Assembly (NCBI GenBank): GCA_965601925.1
Contig: OZ271854.1
Coordinates: forward strand, 1,600,001 to 1,664,000
Reading direction: 5' to 3'
Length of the DNA: 64,000 bases
Source: Alkalispirochaeta sp.
GTDB lineage: Bacteria; Spirochaetota; Spirochaetia; DSM-27196; Alkalispirochaetaceae
Part shown: positions 24,067 to 31,656 of the stretch, piece after piece
How positions within the stretch are numbered: position 1 is the first letter of the stretch
How the letters are laid out: each line of letters begins with the position of its first letter
Made by a program: the position numbers and the translations under genes
Notes under the pieces: generated by a model
Told to the model about the DNA's origin: nothing
What the model saw: the letters and a program-made list of their open reading frames with translations, nothing else
The model's database searches: none

Positions 24067-24812
24067 GTGTTCTCGAGTTCTTCAACGGTCCCATCGTTCA
24101 AAACGACCTCGAGACCCGCGTTGATCAACTCCAGCACGGCCGCGTTGCCCTCTCGGACGGCGACGCCGTAGAACTCCTCGGTAAAGGGTTCGCCGACGAT
24201 TTGCAACACGTCGCGATACGTATCGTTCTGCAGTACGAAGTCGGCGGCGATCGGAGTATCGGCCACCACACCGGCGATGCGGCCTTGGGCGAGATCTTCG
24301 ATTGCGAGGCCCAACTCGTCGTACGTGCGTAGTTCGACGCCGTCAACGGCGTCAATCTCAAACGCGCCGGTCGTGCCGATCTGCGCACCAACCGACTCTC
24401 CCGCAAGATCGCCGAGGGACGTCCATCCGGACGGCGCATCCTGCCGAACGATCAGCACCTGTCCGGCGTTGATATAGGGCGTAGAGAAATCCATCGTCCG
24501 GTCTCGTTCTTCGGTGATCGTTACCGACGAGATAACTGCGTCGTAGTCGCCGTTGGCGAGGCCGGCAAAAATCCCGTCCCACGCCGTGTTTTGAAACACC
24601 ACCTGAAAACCGGCCGCCTCCGCCACCGCATTCATGAGATCGATGTCGAATCCCACGATCTCCTGGTCGGCGTTCACGAACTCCATCGGCGGCCACGTCG
24701 CGTCGGTCGCCACCGTAATCGTGGTGAGGTCGTCACCTTCCGCCTGCCCTCCGGCAAACACGGGAGTCACCATAAGCGCGGCCATTACCGCACACACTAC
24801 TGCGTTTCGCAT
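24054..24812 (-). CDS. Basic amino acid ABC transporter substrate-binding protein
   Basis: Signal peptide ending VFAGGQAE; DATWPPMEF, GFDIDL, TITEER motifs (SBP family 3). Confidence 0.92.
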   Translation of the reverse strand: MRNAVVCAVMAALMVTPVFAGGQAEGDDLTTITVATDATWPPMEFVNADQEIVGFDIDLMNAVAEAAGFQVVFQNTAWDGIFAGLANGDYDAVISSVTITEERDRTMDFSTPYINAGQVLIVRQDAPSGWTSLGDLAGESVGAQIGTTGAFEIDAVDGVELRTYDELGLAIEDLAQGRIAGVVADTPIAADFVLQNDTYRDVLQIVGEPFTEEFYGVAVREGNAAVLELINAGLEVVLNDGTVEELENTWLR

Positions 24813-24893
24813 ACATTCCTCCTTACATGCGTTGAGTCTTATGAGTTGTAGAAAATATGCGATCCTTGGTCAATCGTCGAATATTTATTCGTC

Positions 24894-24922
24894 GTGACAG
24901 TTATGGAACCTTTCGCTATACT
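24894..24922 (+). promoter_or_regulatory. parAB promoter
   Basis: GTGACA-17 nt-TATACT just upstream of the parA ATG. Confidence 0.55.
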
Positions 24923-24936
24923 GACTCGGAAAAACG

Positions 24937-25710
24937 ATGGCAAATGTGATCACCTTTGCAAACCAAAAAGGCGGTGTCGGTAAGACGACCACCGCCTCCA
25001 ACCTGGGCGCGTCCCTGGCGGAAGCCGGGTACACGGTGCTCCTGATCGACTTCGACTCCCAAGGGAATCTCTCCTCCAGCGTCGGGGCCGAGCGCGATCA
25101 TCCCGGTATCTATCAGGTGCTTGCCGGCGAGACCGAGGTGGATCGGGTCGTACAAGCCACGCCGCAGGAACGGTTATCCATCATCTCCGGCGGTGCCGAT
25201 CTGACGGGGGCAGGCGTCGAGTTGGTCAATCAGGAGGAGCGAGAGTTTTTTCTGCGCGAGGCGATCACCCCCATGCGCGATACGTACGATTTCATCTTCA
25301 TCGACAGCCCACCGAGTCTCGGGCTGCTGACGCTCAACGCCCTCGTAGCCGCCGATAACGTCGTTATTCCGCTCCAGACCGAATACTTTGCTCTTGAGGG
25401 GCTCACGCAACTTCTCCAGAACATTAAGCGTGTACAAACGACATTTAACGAGTCTTTGGAACTTTTTGGAATTCTTTTTACCATGTACGATTCTCGTACG
25501 CGGCTCGCGAACGATGTCGTACAGGAAGTAATCGGGTACTTCGGTAAACGGGTATTTCGCACGATCATCCCCCGCAATATTCGCCTCTCGGAGGCGCCCT
25601 CTCACGGTCTGCCCGTCAACCTGTACGATCCGGAGTGTGTCGGCGCGCGAAGTTATCGGAAGCTCGCCGAGGAGGTTGTGCAACGTGTCCAAGCAGCGGC
25701 GACTCGGTAA
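24937..25710 (+). CDS. parA: Chromosome partitioning ATPase ParA/Soj
   Basis: NQKGGVGKTT deviant Walker A, DSPPSLG, EYFALEG, LSEAPSHG. Confidence 0.96.
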   Translation: MANVITFANQKGGVGKTTTASNLGASLAEAGYTVLLIDFDSQGNLSSSVGAERDHPGIYQVLAGETEVDRVVQATPQERLSIISGGADLTGAGVELVNQEEREFFLREAITPMRDTYDFIFIDSPPSLGLLTLNALVAADNVVIPLQTEYFALEGLTQLLQNIKRVQTTFNESLELFGILFTMYDSRTRLANDVVQEVIGYFGKRVFRTIIPRNIRLSEAPSHGLPVNLYDPECVGARSYRKLAEEVVQRVQAAATR

Positions 25711-26689
25711 AGGGATCGACGCGCTCCTGCAGGGGCGCGACCTCACGCAGCTCGAAAACGGTGATCTCAACTCGATCGTAAACCTACCCATCGATAGGCT
25801 TGCGCCCAACCCCGATCAGCCGCGCAAGGTCTTTACCCCTGAATCCCTCGCGGAGCTCGCCCGGTCGATCGAGGAGCGGGGCATCATTCAACCCATCCTG
25901 GCCGAGCAGCAGTCGGACGGCGACTATTTGATTATCGCCGGCGAGCGGCGGTATCGTGCGGCGAAGCTGGCCGGCCTCACCGTCGTTCCGATACTCCCCG
26001 GCGTCTTCTCCGACGACGAAAAGCTTGAGATTGCCCTTGTCGAGAACATTCAGCGCCAGGATCTGACGCCGATCGAGGAGGCGAGGGCGTATCGCGATCT
26101 CATGGAGCGTTCGGGGAGCAGCCAAGAAGAGCTGGCGCGGCGGTTGGGAAAGAGCCGTCCGGCGGTGGCCAACAGTCTGCGTCTGCTCCGCCTACCTGAG
26201 GCGGTCCAGAAACGAGTGAACCTGGGCGCGCTATCGGGGGGCCACGCCCGCACGCTTCTTTCTATCGAAGACGCGAGCCGCATCGATGAGGTGGCCGCCT
26301 TCGTCGCGAAAGAAGGGCTTTCGGTGCGCGTGGTCGAGCGACTGATTCCATTCATAAACGAAGGTCGAAAGCCCGCGCAAGCGTTGGAGGCCGTGCACGG
26401 ACAGAGCGGCACCGTATCGTCCGATACTGCGACCGTGTCGTATGAGCCGACGCACACCGGTTCCGCTCACCCCAATTCGGCCGACCATACCTCGCTGGTC
26501 GGTGCGCCCGCCGCGACAAGCGCTTCTCGCAAGACGGTCGAGATGGAGCAGATCGAGCAGCAGCTCATCGAGCGTTTGGGAACGCGCGTCGTTCTCAGCG
26601 GTACCAACCACCGTGGTAAGATCGAGATTGCGTACCTCTCCATGGACGACTTGGAACGTCTCGCCGAAATTCTCGTCTCCGACGTGTAG
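25685..26689 (+). CDS. parB: Chromosome partitioning protein ParB/Spo0J
   Basis: RLGKGIDAL N-terminus, PNPDQPRK, IIAGERRYRA CTP-binding motif, ENIQRQDL, HTH GKSRPAVANSLRLL. Confidence 0.96.
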   Translation: MSKQRRLGKGIDALLQGRDLTQLENGDLNSIVNLPIDRLAPNPDQPRKVFTPESLAELARSIEERGIIQPILAEQQSDGDYLIIAGERRYRAAKLAGLTVVPILPGVFSDDEKLEIALVENIQRQDLTPIEEARAYRDLMERSGSSQEELARRLGKSRPAVANSLRLLRLPEAVQKRVNLGALSGGHARTLLSIEDASRIDEVAAFVAKEGLSVRVVERLIPFINEGRKPAQALEAVHGQSGTVSSDTATVSYEPTHTGSAHPNSADHTSLVGAPAATSASRKTVEMEQIEQQLIERLGTRVVLSGTNHRGKIEIAYLSMDDLERLAEILVSDV

Positions 26690-26703
26690 CCGCCTTACTG
26701 CGT

Positions 26704-27369
26704 TCATCTAACCGGCATATCGTAGATGTTCGGTCCCCGCGTCGTTCTCTCCGATCGTCGACCGCTCACGTATGGATTATCGGCGACGACAAAACGCCAT
26801 AACTTGGCCGTCTCTCGGCTGATACCGATGCGCCGCGTGGCGATGGTTCGGCTGCCGACGTCGGTGTCCGACTCGGTCCACCGGCGAAGCGTGAGGTGCG
26901 ATGTGCCGTCGAGCCTCGTGCCGTTGTCCTCGCCGGTGATCCCCAGCGCCTGGCAGAGTTTGCCCGGGCCGTTGGTAAGTGCTTGAGAACTCTCGCGTAT
27001 ACCGCGTCGTACGACCATTGTCGCCGTTCCCCATATCGGTTCTATGGCGCGTACGAGAACCGCCTCGCCGATGCCTTCCGGTGCGGTTACGACGTTGACG
27101 CACCAATGCACGCCGTAGGATCGATAGACGTACGCGTGGCCCGCCTCGAGGAACATCGCCGCGTTACGGTCCGTCCTGCCCGACCGCGAATGGCTGGCCG
27201 CATCGTTTGAGAGGTACGCCTCCGTTTCCACGATACGCCCGCCGGCGTACCGACCCTCCCCGTCGCGGCGTATGAGACAACATCCGAGAAGCCGTTGCGC
27301 GACGACGCGCGTATCTGCATCGAACGCGGCGGGAGAGAGCGCCTCCAAGCGCGTGGGATCGTTCATCAT
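26704..27369 (-). CDS. DNA-3-methyladenine glycosylase (MPG/AAG family)
   Basis: IVETEAY, YVYRSYG.H.C.NVV, AVLVRAIEP, NGPGKL, RIGI. Confidence 0.93.
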   Translation of the reverse strand: MMNDPTRLEALSPAAFDADTRVVAQRLLGCCLIRRDGEGRYAGGRIVETEAYLSNDAASHSRSGRTDRNAAMFLEAGHAYVYRSYGVHWCVNVVTAPEGIGEAVLVRAIEPIWGTATMVVRRGIRESSQALTNGPGKLCQALGITGEDNGTRLDGTSHLTLRRWTESDTDVGSRTIATRRIGISRETAKLWRFVVADNPYVSGRRSERTTRGPNIYDMPVR

Positions 27370-27404
27370 TGCCCCGAGGGTACCACGCGTATTACAGTCC
27401 CGCT

Positions 27405-28457
27405 ATGGTATTGCACGACCTCGTCCCGAGGCTTCCGATAGCGGCCTACGGTATCGATATTCCCATTACCGGTTCCAACGAGGAACGAACGCTCGACTAT
27501 CTTCTCAGTCGAGACGATATCGCGATCAGAAGGGAGGCGTGGCTTCGACAAGAACGACTGACACCGCTCACTCGCGAGGCGATCGTTCGGGTGCACGAGA
27601 CGGGCTACACCGATCGTCTGCTGGCGGAACCGGGACGCCCATCGCAATCGGGAGTACCGATCGGAATGAGTGAGCTGGAAATCATGCGGACGTTCGAGCT
27701 ACTCAACCCCGACGGCAGTTACCACCGCTATTCACCGGACGCGGCCGAGTGTTCGCTATGCGAGCTTCGTGACCAAAGTCTACGCCACGCCGCCGGCACT
27801 ACGCGCGGCGCCGAGCTCTCCCTCGACGACGGCGATGGATTCTGTTTTTACTTCGGCGGAGGAATGCACCACGGACAGTACGACTTCGGCGAGGGGTTTT
27901 GTCCCGTCAACGACCTGGTGATCGCCGTCCGTTCTCTACAAGCTCAGGGACGCATCAAAACGGCGTGGATCATCGACGTAGACGCCCACAAGGGCGACGG
28001 TACGGCCGCGCTCACGCACAACGACGAGACGATTCGGACGCTCAGCATCCATATGGCGCGAGGATGGCCCCTCGACCAGCCGCGCGCAATGCCCGACGGT
28101 CGGCCCAATCCGTGCCACACTCCAAGTGATATCGACGTGCCGATTGAGGAGGGGGAGGAGAGTACGTACCTACCGCGCCTCAAAGAGGCAATGGAGGAAC
28201 TCGAGCGGCGCTATGCGCTGCCCGACTTTCTGCTCGTCGTTGACGGCGCCGACCCCTACGAGCGCGACCAACTACCTTCAACGACCCTTCTGAAGATGAG
28301 TCGCGACCAACTCCTCGAGCGCGACACGATGCTGTACCGATGGTTTCGCGACAGAAGCATACCCGCTCTGTTCGTGATGGCGGGAAACTACGGCTATTAC
28401 TCTTGGGAAATCTATTCGCAGTTTTTGGAACGTCAGGTCGCGGGACGTCTCGACTGA
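27405..28457 (+). CDS. Histone deacetylase family (Zn-dependent) hydrolase
   Basis: GGGMHH, GEGFC, DVDAHKGDGT, SIHM, GAD motifs; start uncertain. Confidence 0.88.
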   Translation: MVLHDLVPRLPIAAYGIDIPITGSNEERTLDYLLSRDDIAIRREAWLRQERLTPLTREAIVRVHETGYTDRLLAEPGRPSQSGVPIGMSELEIMRTFELLNPDGSYHRYSPDAAECSLCELRDQSLRHAAGTTRGAELSLDDGDGFCFYFGGGMHHGQYDFGEGFCPVNDLVIAVRSLQAQGRIKTAWIIDVDAHKGDGTAALTHNDETIRTLSIHMARGWPLDQPRAMPDGRPNPCHTPSDIDVPIEEGEESTYLPRLKEAMEELERRYALPDFLLVVDGADPYERDQLPSTTLLKMSRDQLLERDTMLYRWFRDRSIPALFVMAGNYGYYSWEIYSQFLERQVAGRLD

Positions 28458-28510
28458 ACGGCGGTCGTATACGGTTCCGGGCACGTTACCTATTCGCCGC
28501 GTAGTCATGT

Positions 28511-28933
28511 TCACCCTTCCCACGCCTCGAACAGTCGTCGGAGCTCGTTCGGGACACGCACGGGACGGCCGGTTTCCAGGCCCGCAAATACCCCCTCCTG
28601 AATGACGTCCGCGCATACTTCGTCGTGTACCGAAATGTGCGACGCGAGGATCACCCGCGCCGACCCGACGCTCTGGACCCACATCCGCCCTACCACCGGC
28701 TCAAACAGGCGGATGGCGCGACGATACTGGATGTTGGTACGAACGAGAATCGGCGCATAGCCCTCCTCTAACTGCGGCTTGAGCGGCAGATACTCCTCGA
28801 GCAGTGCGAGGCGAAGATCTTCGAGCCATCGAATATAGACGATATTGCTGACGTGGCCGGCAAAGTCGATATCGTAGGTCTTTACTTCAAACGACCGCTC
28901 CACCGATAGGGGCCGTTGTTGCTTGTCGGTCAT
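28511..28933 (-). CDS. Acyl-CoA thioesterase (hotdog fold, 4HBT family)
   Basis: DIDFAGHVSNIVYIRWLE motif. Confidence 0.88.
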   Translation of the reverse strand: MTDKQQRPLSVERSFEVKTYDIDFAGHVSNIVYIRWLEDLRLALLEEYLPLKPQLEEGYAPILVRTNIQYRRAIRLFEPVVGRMWVQSVGSARVILASHISVHDEVCADVIQEGVFAGLETGRPVRVPNELRRLFEAWEG

Positions 28934-28957
28934 GACCTTATTTATAGTCTCGATTTA

Positions 28958-28986
28958 TTGACAAGGCAATGAGCGCTCGATAGAGT
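28958..28986 (+). promoter_or_regulatory. tRNA operon promoter
   Basis: TTGACA-17 nt-TAGAGT, 12 nt before tRNA-Ser. Confidence 0.75.
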
Positions 28987-28998
28987 AGCAGCCACACT

Positions 28999-29085
28999 GG
29001 AGAGATGTCCGAGTGGTTTAAGGAGGCGGTCTTGAAAACCGTTGTGCCTTTGCTGGTACCGTGGGTTCGAATCCCACTCTCTCCG
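28999..29085 (+). tRNA. tRNA-Ser(TGA)
   Basis: GGAGAGA acceptor, anticodon loop CT-TGA-AA, long variable arm, GTTCGAATCC; CCA not encoded. Confidence 0.95.
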
Positions 29086-29159
29086 TGGAAGCGGTACTGA
29101 ACGCATTCTCGCATTCACGGCGATGATGCAAGTGAGGTGACGCGGGACATGCAGAATTG

Positions 29160-29246
29160 GGAGAGGTGCGAGAGTGGTTGAATCGGGCTCCCTGCTAAGG
29201 AGTTGTGCTCTTACGGGTACCGAGGGTTCGAATCCCTCCCTCTCCG
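29160..29246 (+). tRNA. tRNA-Ser(GCT)
   Basis: GGAGAGG/CCTCTCC acceptor, GCTCC-CT-GCT-AA-GGAGT anticodon arm, long variable arm. Confidence 0.95.
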
Positions 29247-29299
29247 CGAGTGCGTGATACGCATTCGGCGTATCATCGGCGATTCGGCCGATACCATAT

Positions 29300-29373
29300 G
29301 TGCCTATAGCTCAGTTGGATAGAGCGTTAGATTGCGGATCTAAAGGTCGGTGGTTCGAGTCCACTTAGGCACG
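29300..29373 (+). tRNA. tRNA-Arg(GCG)
   Basis: GTGCCTA/TAGGCAC acceptor, TTAGA-TT-GCG-GA-TCTAA anticodon arm, GGTTCGAGTCC T arm. Confidence 0.93.
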
Positions 29374-29614
29374 TTAGAGCCTACGGTTTCTTAAAAAGGA
29401 GCTGTAGGCATTTTTTTTTGCGTGGACTCGAAACGGAGGTGCGGCGCGAAAACCTGGAGCGCAACGCGACAGGATGTCGCGTTAGCACCGGAGGCGGCCC
29501 GGAGGGAGTCGGTAGGAGGCCGAAGACCGTAGGGCGAGTCCACTTAGGCACGTTAGAGCCTACGGTTTCTTAAAAAGGAGCTGTAGGCATTTTTTTTGCG
29601 TGGACTCGAAACGG
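29356..29614 (+). repeat. tRNA-linked tandem direct repeat, period 179 bp
   Basis: 29356-29436 recurs at 29535-29614, identical except T9 vs T8. It begins with the last 18 nt of tRNA-Arg; degenerate similarity continues for ~25 nt more. Confidence 0.95.
29379..29419 (+). terminator. Rho-independent terminator after tRNA-Arg (duplicated at ~29558-29597)
   Basis: GCCTACGGTTTCTT-aaa-AAGGAGCTGTAGGC hairpin with G-U pairs, then T9. Confidence 0.85.
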
Positions 29615-29753
29615 CGTTACGGCGTGAATCCCGGAGGTACTGCACGAGTTATCCACAATACAATGCGACGGGATGTTACATATTCATCGTATTCTCACCG
29701 TGAATGTATTAGACTTCTTCTCAGCACTCAGAAGTCCAAGAGGAGGATGTATC

Positions 29754-30140
29754 GTGAAGCGAGCGATGAAGATTCTGGCGGTTGCGGTAGCAATCATGGC
29801 GGTCGGGGCGTGTACTACCTTTCAGCTCTCAGGGATTCACATCGTCGAGGATATGCCCAGCATGTCGCCGATCGGCGATTTTGAGACCACCATAAAGGTC
29901 CATGAGTTTGTCGGGGCTTCAGGAGGTGCGAATCTGTTTAACGTCACTGCCGATACGATGGACAATGAGATCTACGACGCCATTCGTCGTGAAGTACAGC
30001 GTCGGTCCGGCGACGCAGCGATCAATGTCACGGTGCGCTACGAGGCGAGCTTCGTTGATCTTCTCCTCAACGGATTATCCTTTAATTTGTATGCACCCGC
30101 TACGGCAGTGATCTCCGGTACCGTCGTTAGTTTCAACTGA
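29754..30140 (+). CDS. Putative lipoprotein, Bor/TRL-like (copy 1)
   Basis: AGGAGG RBS, signal peptide with lipobox VGAC; paralog of the next gene. Confidence 0.8.
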   Translation: MKRAMKILAVAVAIMAVGACTTFQLSGIHIVEDMPSMSPIGDFETTIKVHEFVGASGGANLFNVTADTMDNEIYDAIRREVQRRSGDAAINVTVRYEASFVDLLLNGLSFNLYAPATAVISGTVVSFN

Positions 30141-30163
30141 AGTATCATATTTCAAACTGTTCC

Positions 30164-30189
30164 GCCGGTTCCATCACTACGGAACCGGC
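30164..30189 (+). terminator. Hairpin after lipoprotein 1
   Basis: GCCGGTTCC-N8-GGAACCGGC; no clear U tail. Confidence 0.45.
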
Positions 30190-30378
30190 ACTCGATTCCT
30201 CTAATGATTTCTCCGTCTGCGCGGCTTGTTTAGCTGAATGGCTTTCTTTTATATATGGTAGCCGTTTGTACTCTACTTATTAATAGCAACAATTTTATCA
30301 TATTTGTTGTAATTCATCGCCATATGGAATACGCTGCAATTAACGCTCAATTTCACAAGCACAAGAAAGGAGTTTCGA

Positions 30379-30765
30379 ATGAAGAAAGCGTTAAAGATTC
30401 TTGCGATTGCGATCGCGGCGGTGTCGGTCGGTGCGTGTACCACGTTTCAACTCTCCGGTGTAAGTGTCGTCGGCGACATGCCCGGTGTGGAAGTGGTCGG
30501 CGATTTTGAGACGACGGTCAATGTGACCGAGTGGCTGGGCTCTTCCGGTGGCTCGAACCTGTTCAACGTCACCTCCGACGCTATGGATAACGCGATCTAC
30601 GATGCTATCCAGCGAGAGGTTTCGCAGATGTCCGGCGATGCCGCAATCAATGTGGATATTCGCTACGAGGCGACCTTTATCAACATCCTGCTTAATGGTC
30701 TTACCGGTAACATCTACGCTCCCGCTACTGCGTTTATTTCCGGCACCGTTGTTCGATACAACTAA
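30379..30765 (+). CDS. Putative lipoprotein, Bor/TRL-like (copy 2)
   Basis: AAGGAG RBS, MKKALKILAIAIAAVSVGAC lipobox; colinear with copy 1. Confidence 0.85.
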   Translation: MKKALKILAIAIAAVSVGACTTFQLSGVSVVGDMPGVEVVGDFETTVNVTEWLGSSGGSNLFNVTSDAMDNAIYDAIQREVSQMSGDAAINVDIRYEATFINILLNGLTGNIYAPATAFISGTVVRYN

Positions 30766-30817
30766 CACATCGTTCGCTACGGTATCACGGTGGCTGCTCC
30801 GATTCGGGGCGGTCGCC

Positions 30818-31213
30818 GTGTTTATCGTTACGGTGAGTATGTTGGCCTCCTGCGGACCGTCTCAGGACGAGGAGCAGGCGTCGCGGGCCGTTCGCGATGT
30901 CGTCGACCAGTTCTTTCAGGCGCTCTCAGTCGGTGACGGTGAGGCGCTGGCGCTTCACGCCCCGACGCTTGTCGACACCGACCGTCTCGCGCTCGACCAA
31001 ATCGAACGCAGTCTGTCGCCGGACGTTCGGTGGGAGATACGAGATGTATCGATCGACGGGCGGCGAGCTTCGGCCGAGGTGGAGTTAACGGGCCTCGACA
31101 CCGCTTCGACCGTGCGCGTTATCGTGCCCCTTAGGAGTCGGGACGCCGTGTGGACCGTCTCCGATACGCTCGAGATTTCGCAGACTCTGGATTTCGTGCC
31201 GATCGACCGCTGA
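30818..31213 (+). CDS. Putative small lipoprotein, NTF2-like fold
   Basis: LASC lipobox followed by 'VRDVVDQFFQALSVGD' and a beta-strand pattern (IDGRRASAEV...WTV); true start uncertain. Confidence 0.55.
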   Translation: MFIVTVSMLASCGPSQDEEQASRAVRDVVDQFFQALSVGDGEALALHAPTLVDTDRLALDQIERSLSPDVRWEIRDVSIDGRRASAEVELTGLDTASTVRVIVPLRSRDAVWTVSDTLEISQTLDFVPIDR

Positions 31214-31228
31214 ACCCCCTTCGCCGTA

Positions 31229-31257
31229 TTGATTTTCACCACCGCTTGGGATACTAT
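31229..31257 (+). promoter_or_regulatory. Promoter of tRNA-Ser/tRNA-Ser/ffs
   Basis: TTGATT-17 nt-TACTAT. Confidence 0.65.
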
Positions 31258-31277
31258 CGCCTCCACATTCGCTGTCT

Positions 31278-31365
31278 GGAGAGGTGCGAGAGTGGTTGAA
31301 TCGGGCGGACTCGAAATCCGTTGTGCAGCTCTGCTGTACCGAGGGTTCGAATCCCTCCCTCTCCG
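31278..31365 (+). tRNA. tRNA-Ser(CGA)
   Basis: GGAGAGG acceptor, GCGGA-CT-CGA-AA-TCCGT, long variable arm, GTTCGAATCC. Confidence 0.95.
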
Positions 31366-31417
31366 TACACCGAATAGTTCGGCATCGGGCCGTGCGCCTG
31401 AGTTTGCGTCACGTGTT

Positions 31418-31505
31418 GGAGAGGTGACCGAGTGGCCGAAGGTGAACGCTTGGAAAGCGTTTGTACCCTAACCGGGTACCGGGGGTTCGAATCCCCCTCT
31501 CTCCG
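31418..31505 (+). tRNA. tRNA-Ser(GGA)
   Basis: GGAGAGG acceptor, AACGC-TT-GGA-AA-GCGTT, long variable arm. Confidence 0.95.
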
Positions 31506-31511
31506 TACATT

Positions 31512-31637
31512 GCCCCTTCGGTGTTGAAGCCCGGGCCCTGTGCAAGTCGTCGTCGCCCAACCCCGTCAGATCCGGAAGGAAGCAGCGGTAAGCGAACGGC
31601 GGTTGTGCCGCAGATCGCTTGGGTGGAGCTGGAGGGG
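31512..31637 (+). ncRNA. ffs: Signal recognition particle RNA (small type)
   Basis: Helix-8 signature TCAGATCCGGAAGGAAGCAGC, CCCCTTC/GGAGGGG closing stem then a T run, in the canonical position upstream of dnaX; ends approximate. Confidence 0.92.
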
Positions 31638-31656
31638 TTTTTTTTGAGGGTATTCC

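Noticed and set aside
29356..29614. CRISPR array, or attL/attR of a prophage/ICE
   Set aside because: Only two ~80-bp copies derived from the tRNA end and terminator. There are no cas or integrase genes and only ~100 bp between copies, although a collapsed att scar cannot be fully excluded.
29649..30378. oriC (perfect DnaA box TTATCCACA at 29649-29657 plus an AT-rich stretch)
   Set aside because: Only one clear box was seen, it is separated from the AT-rich region by a gene, and dnaA is absent.
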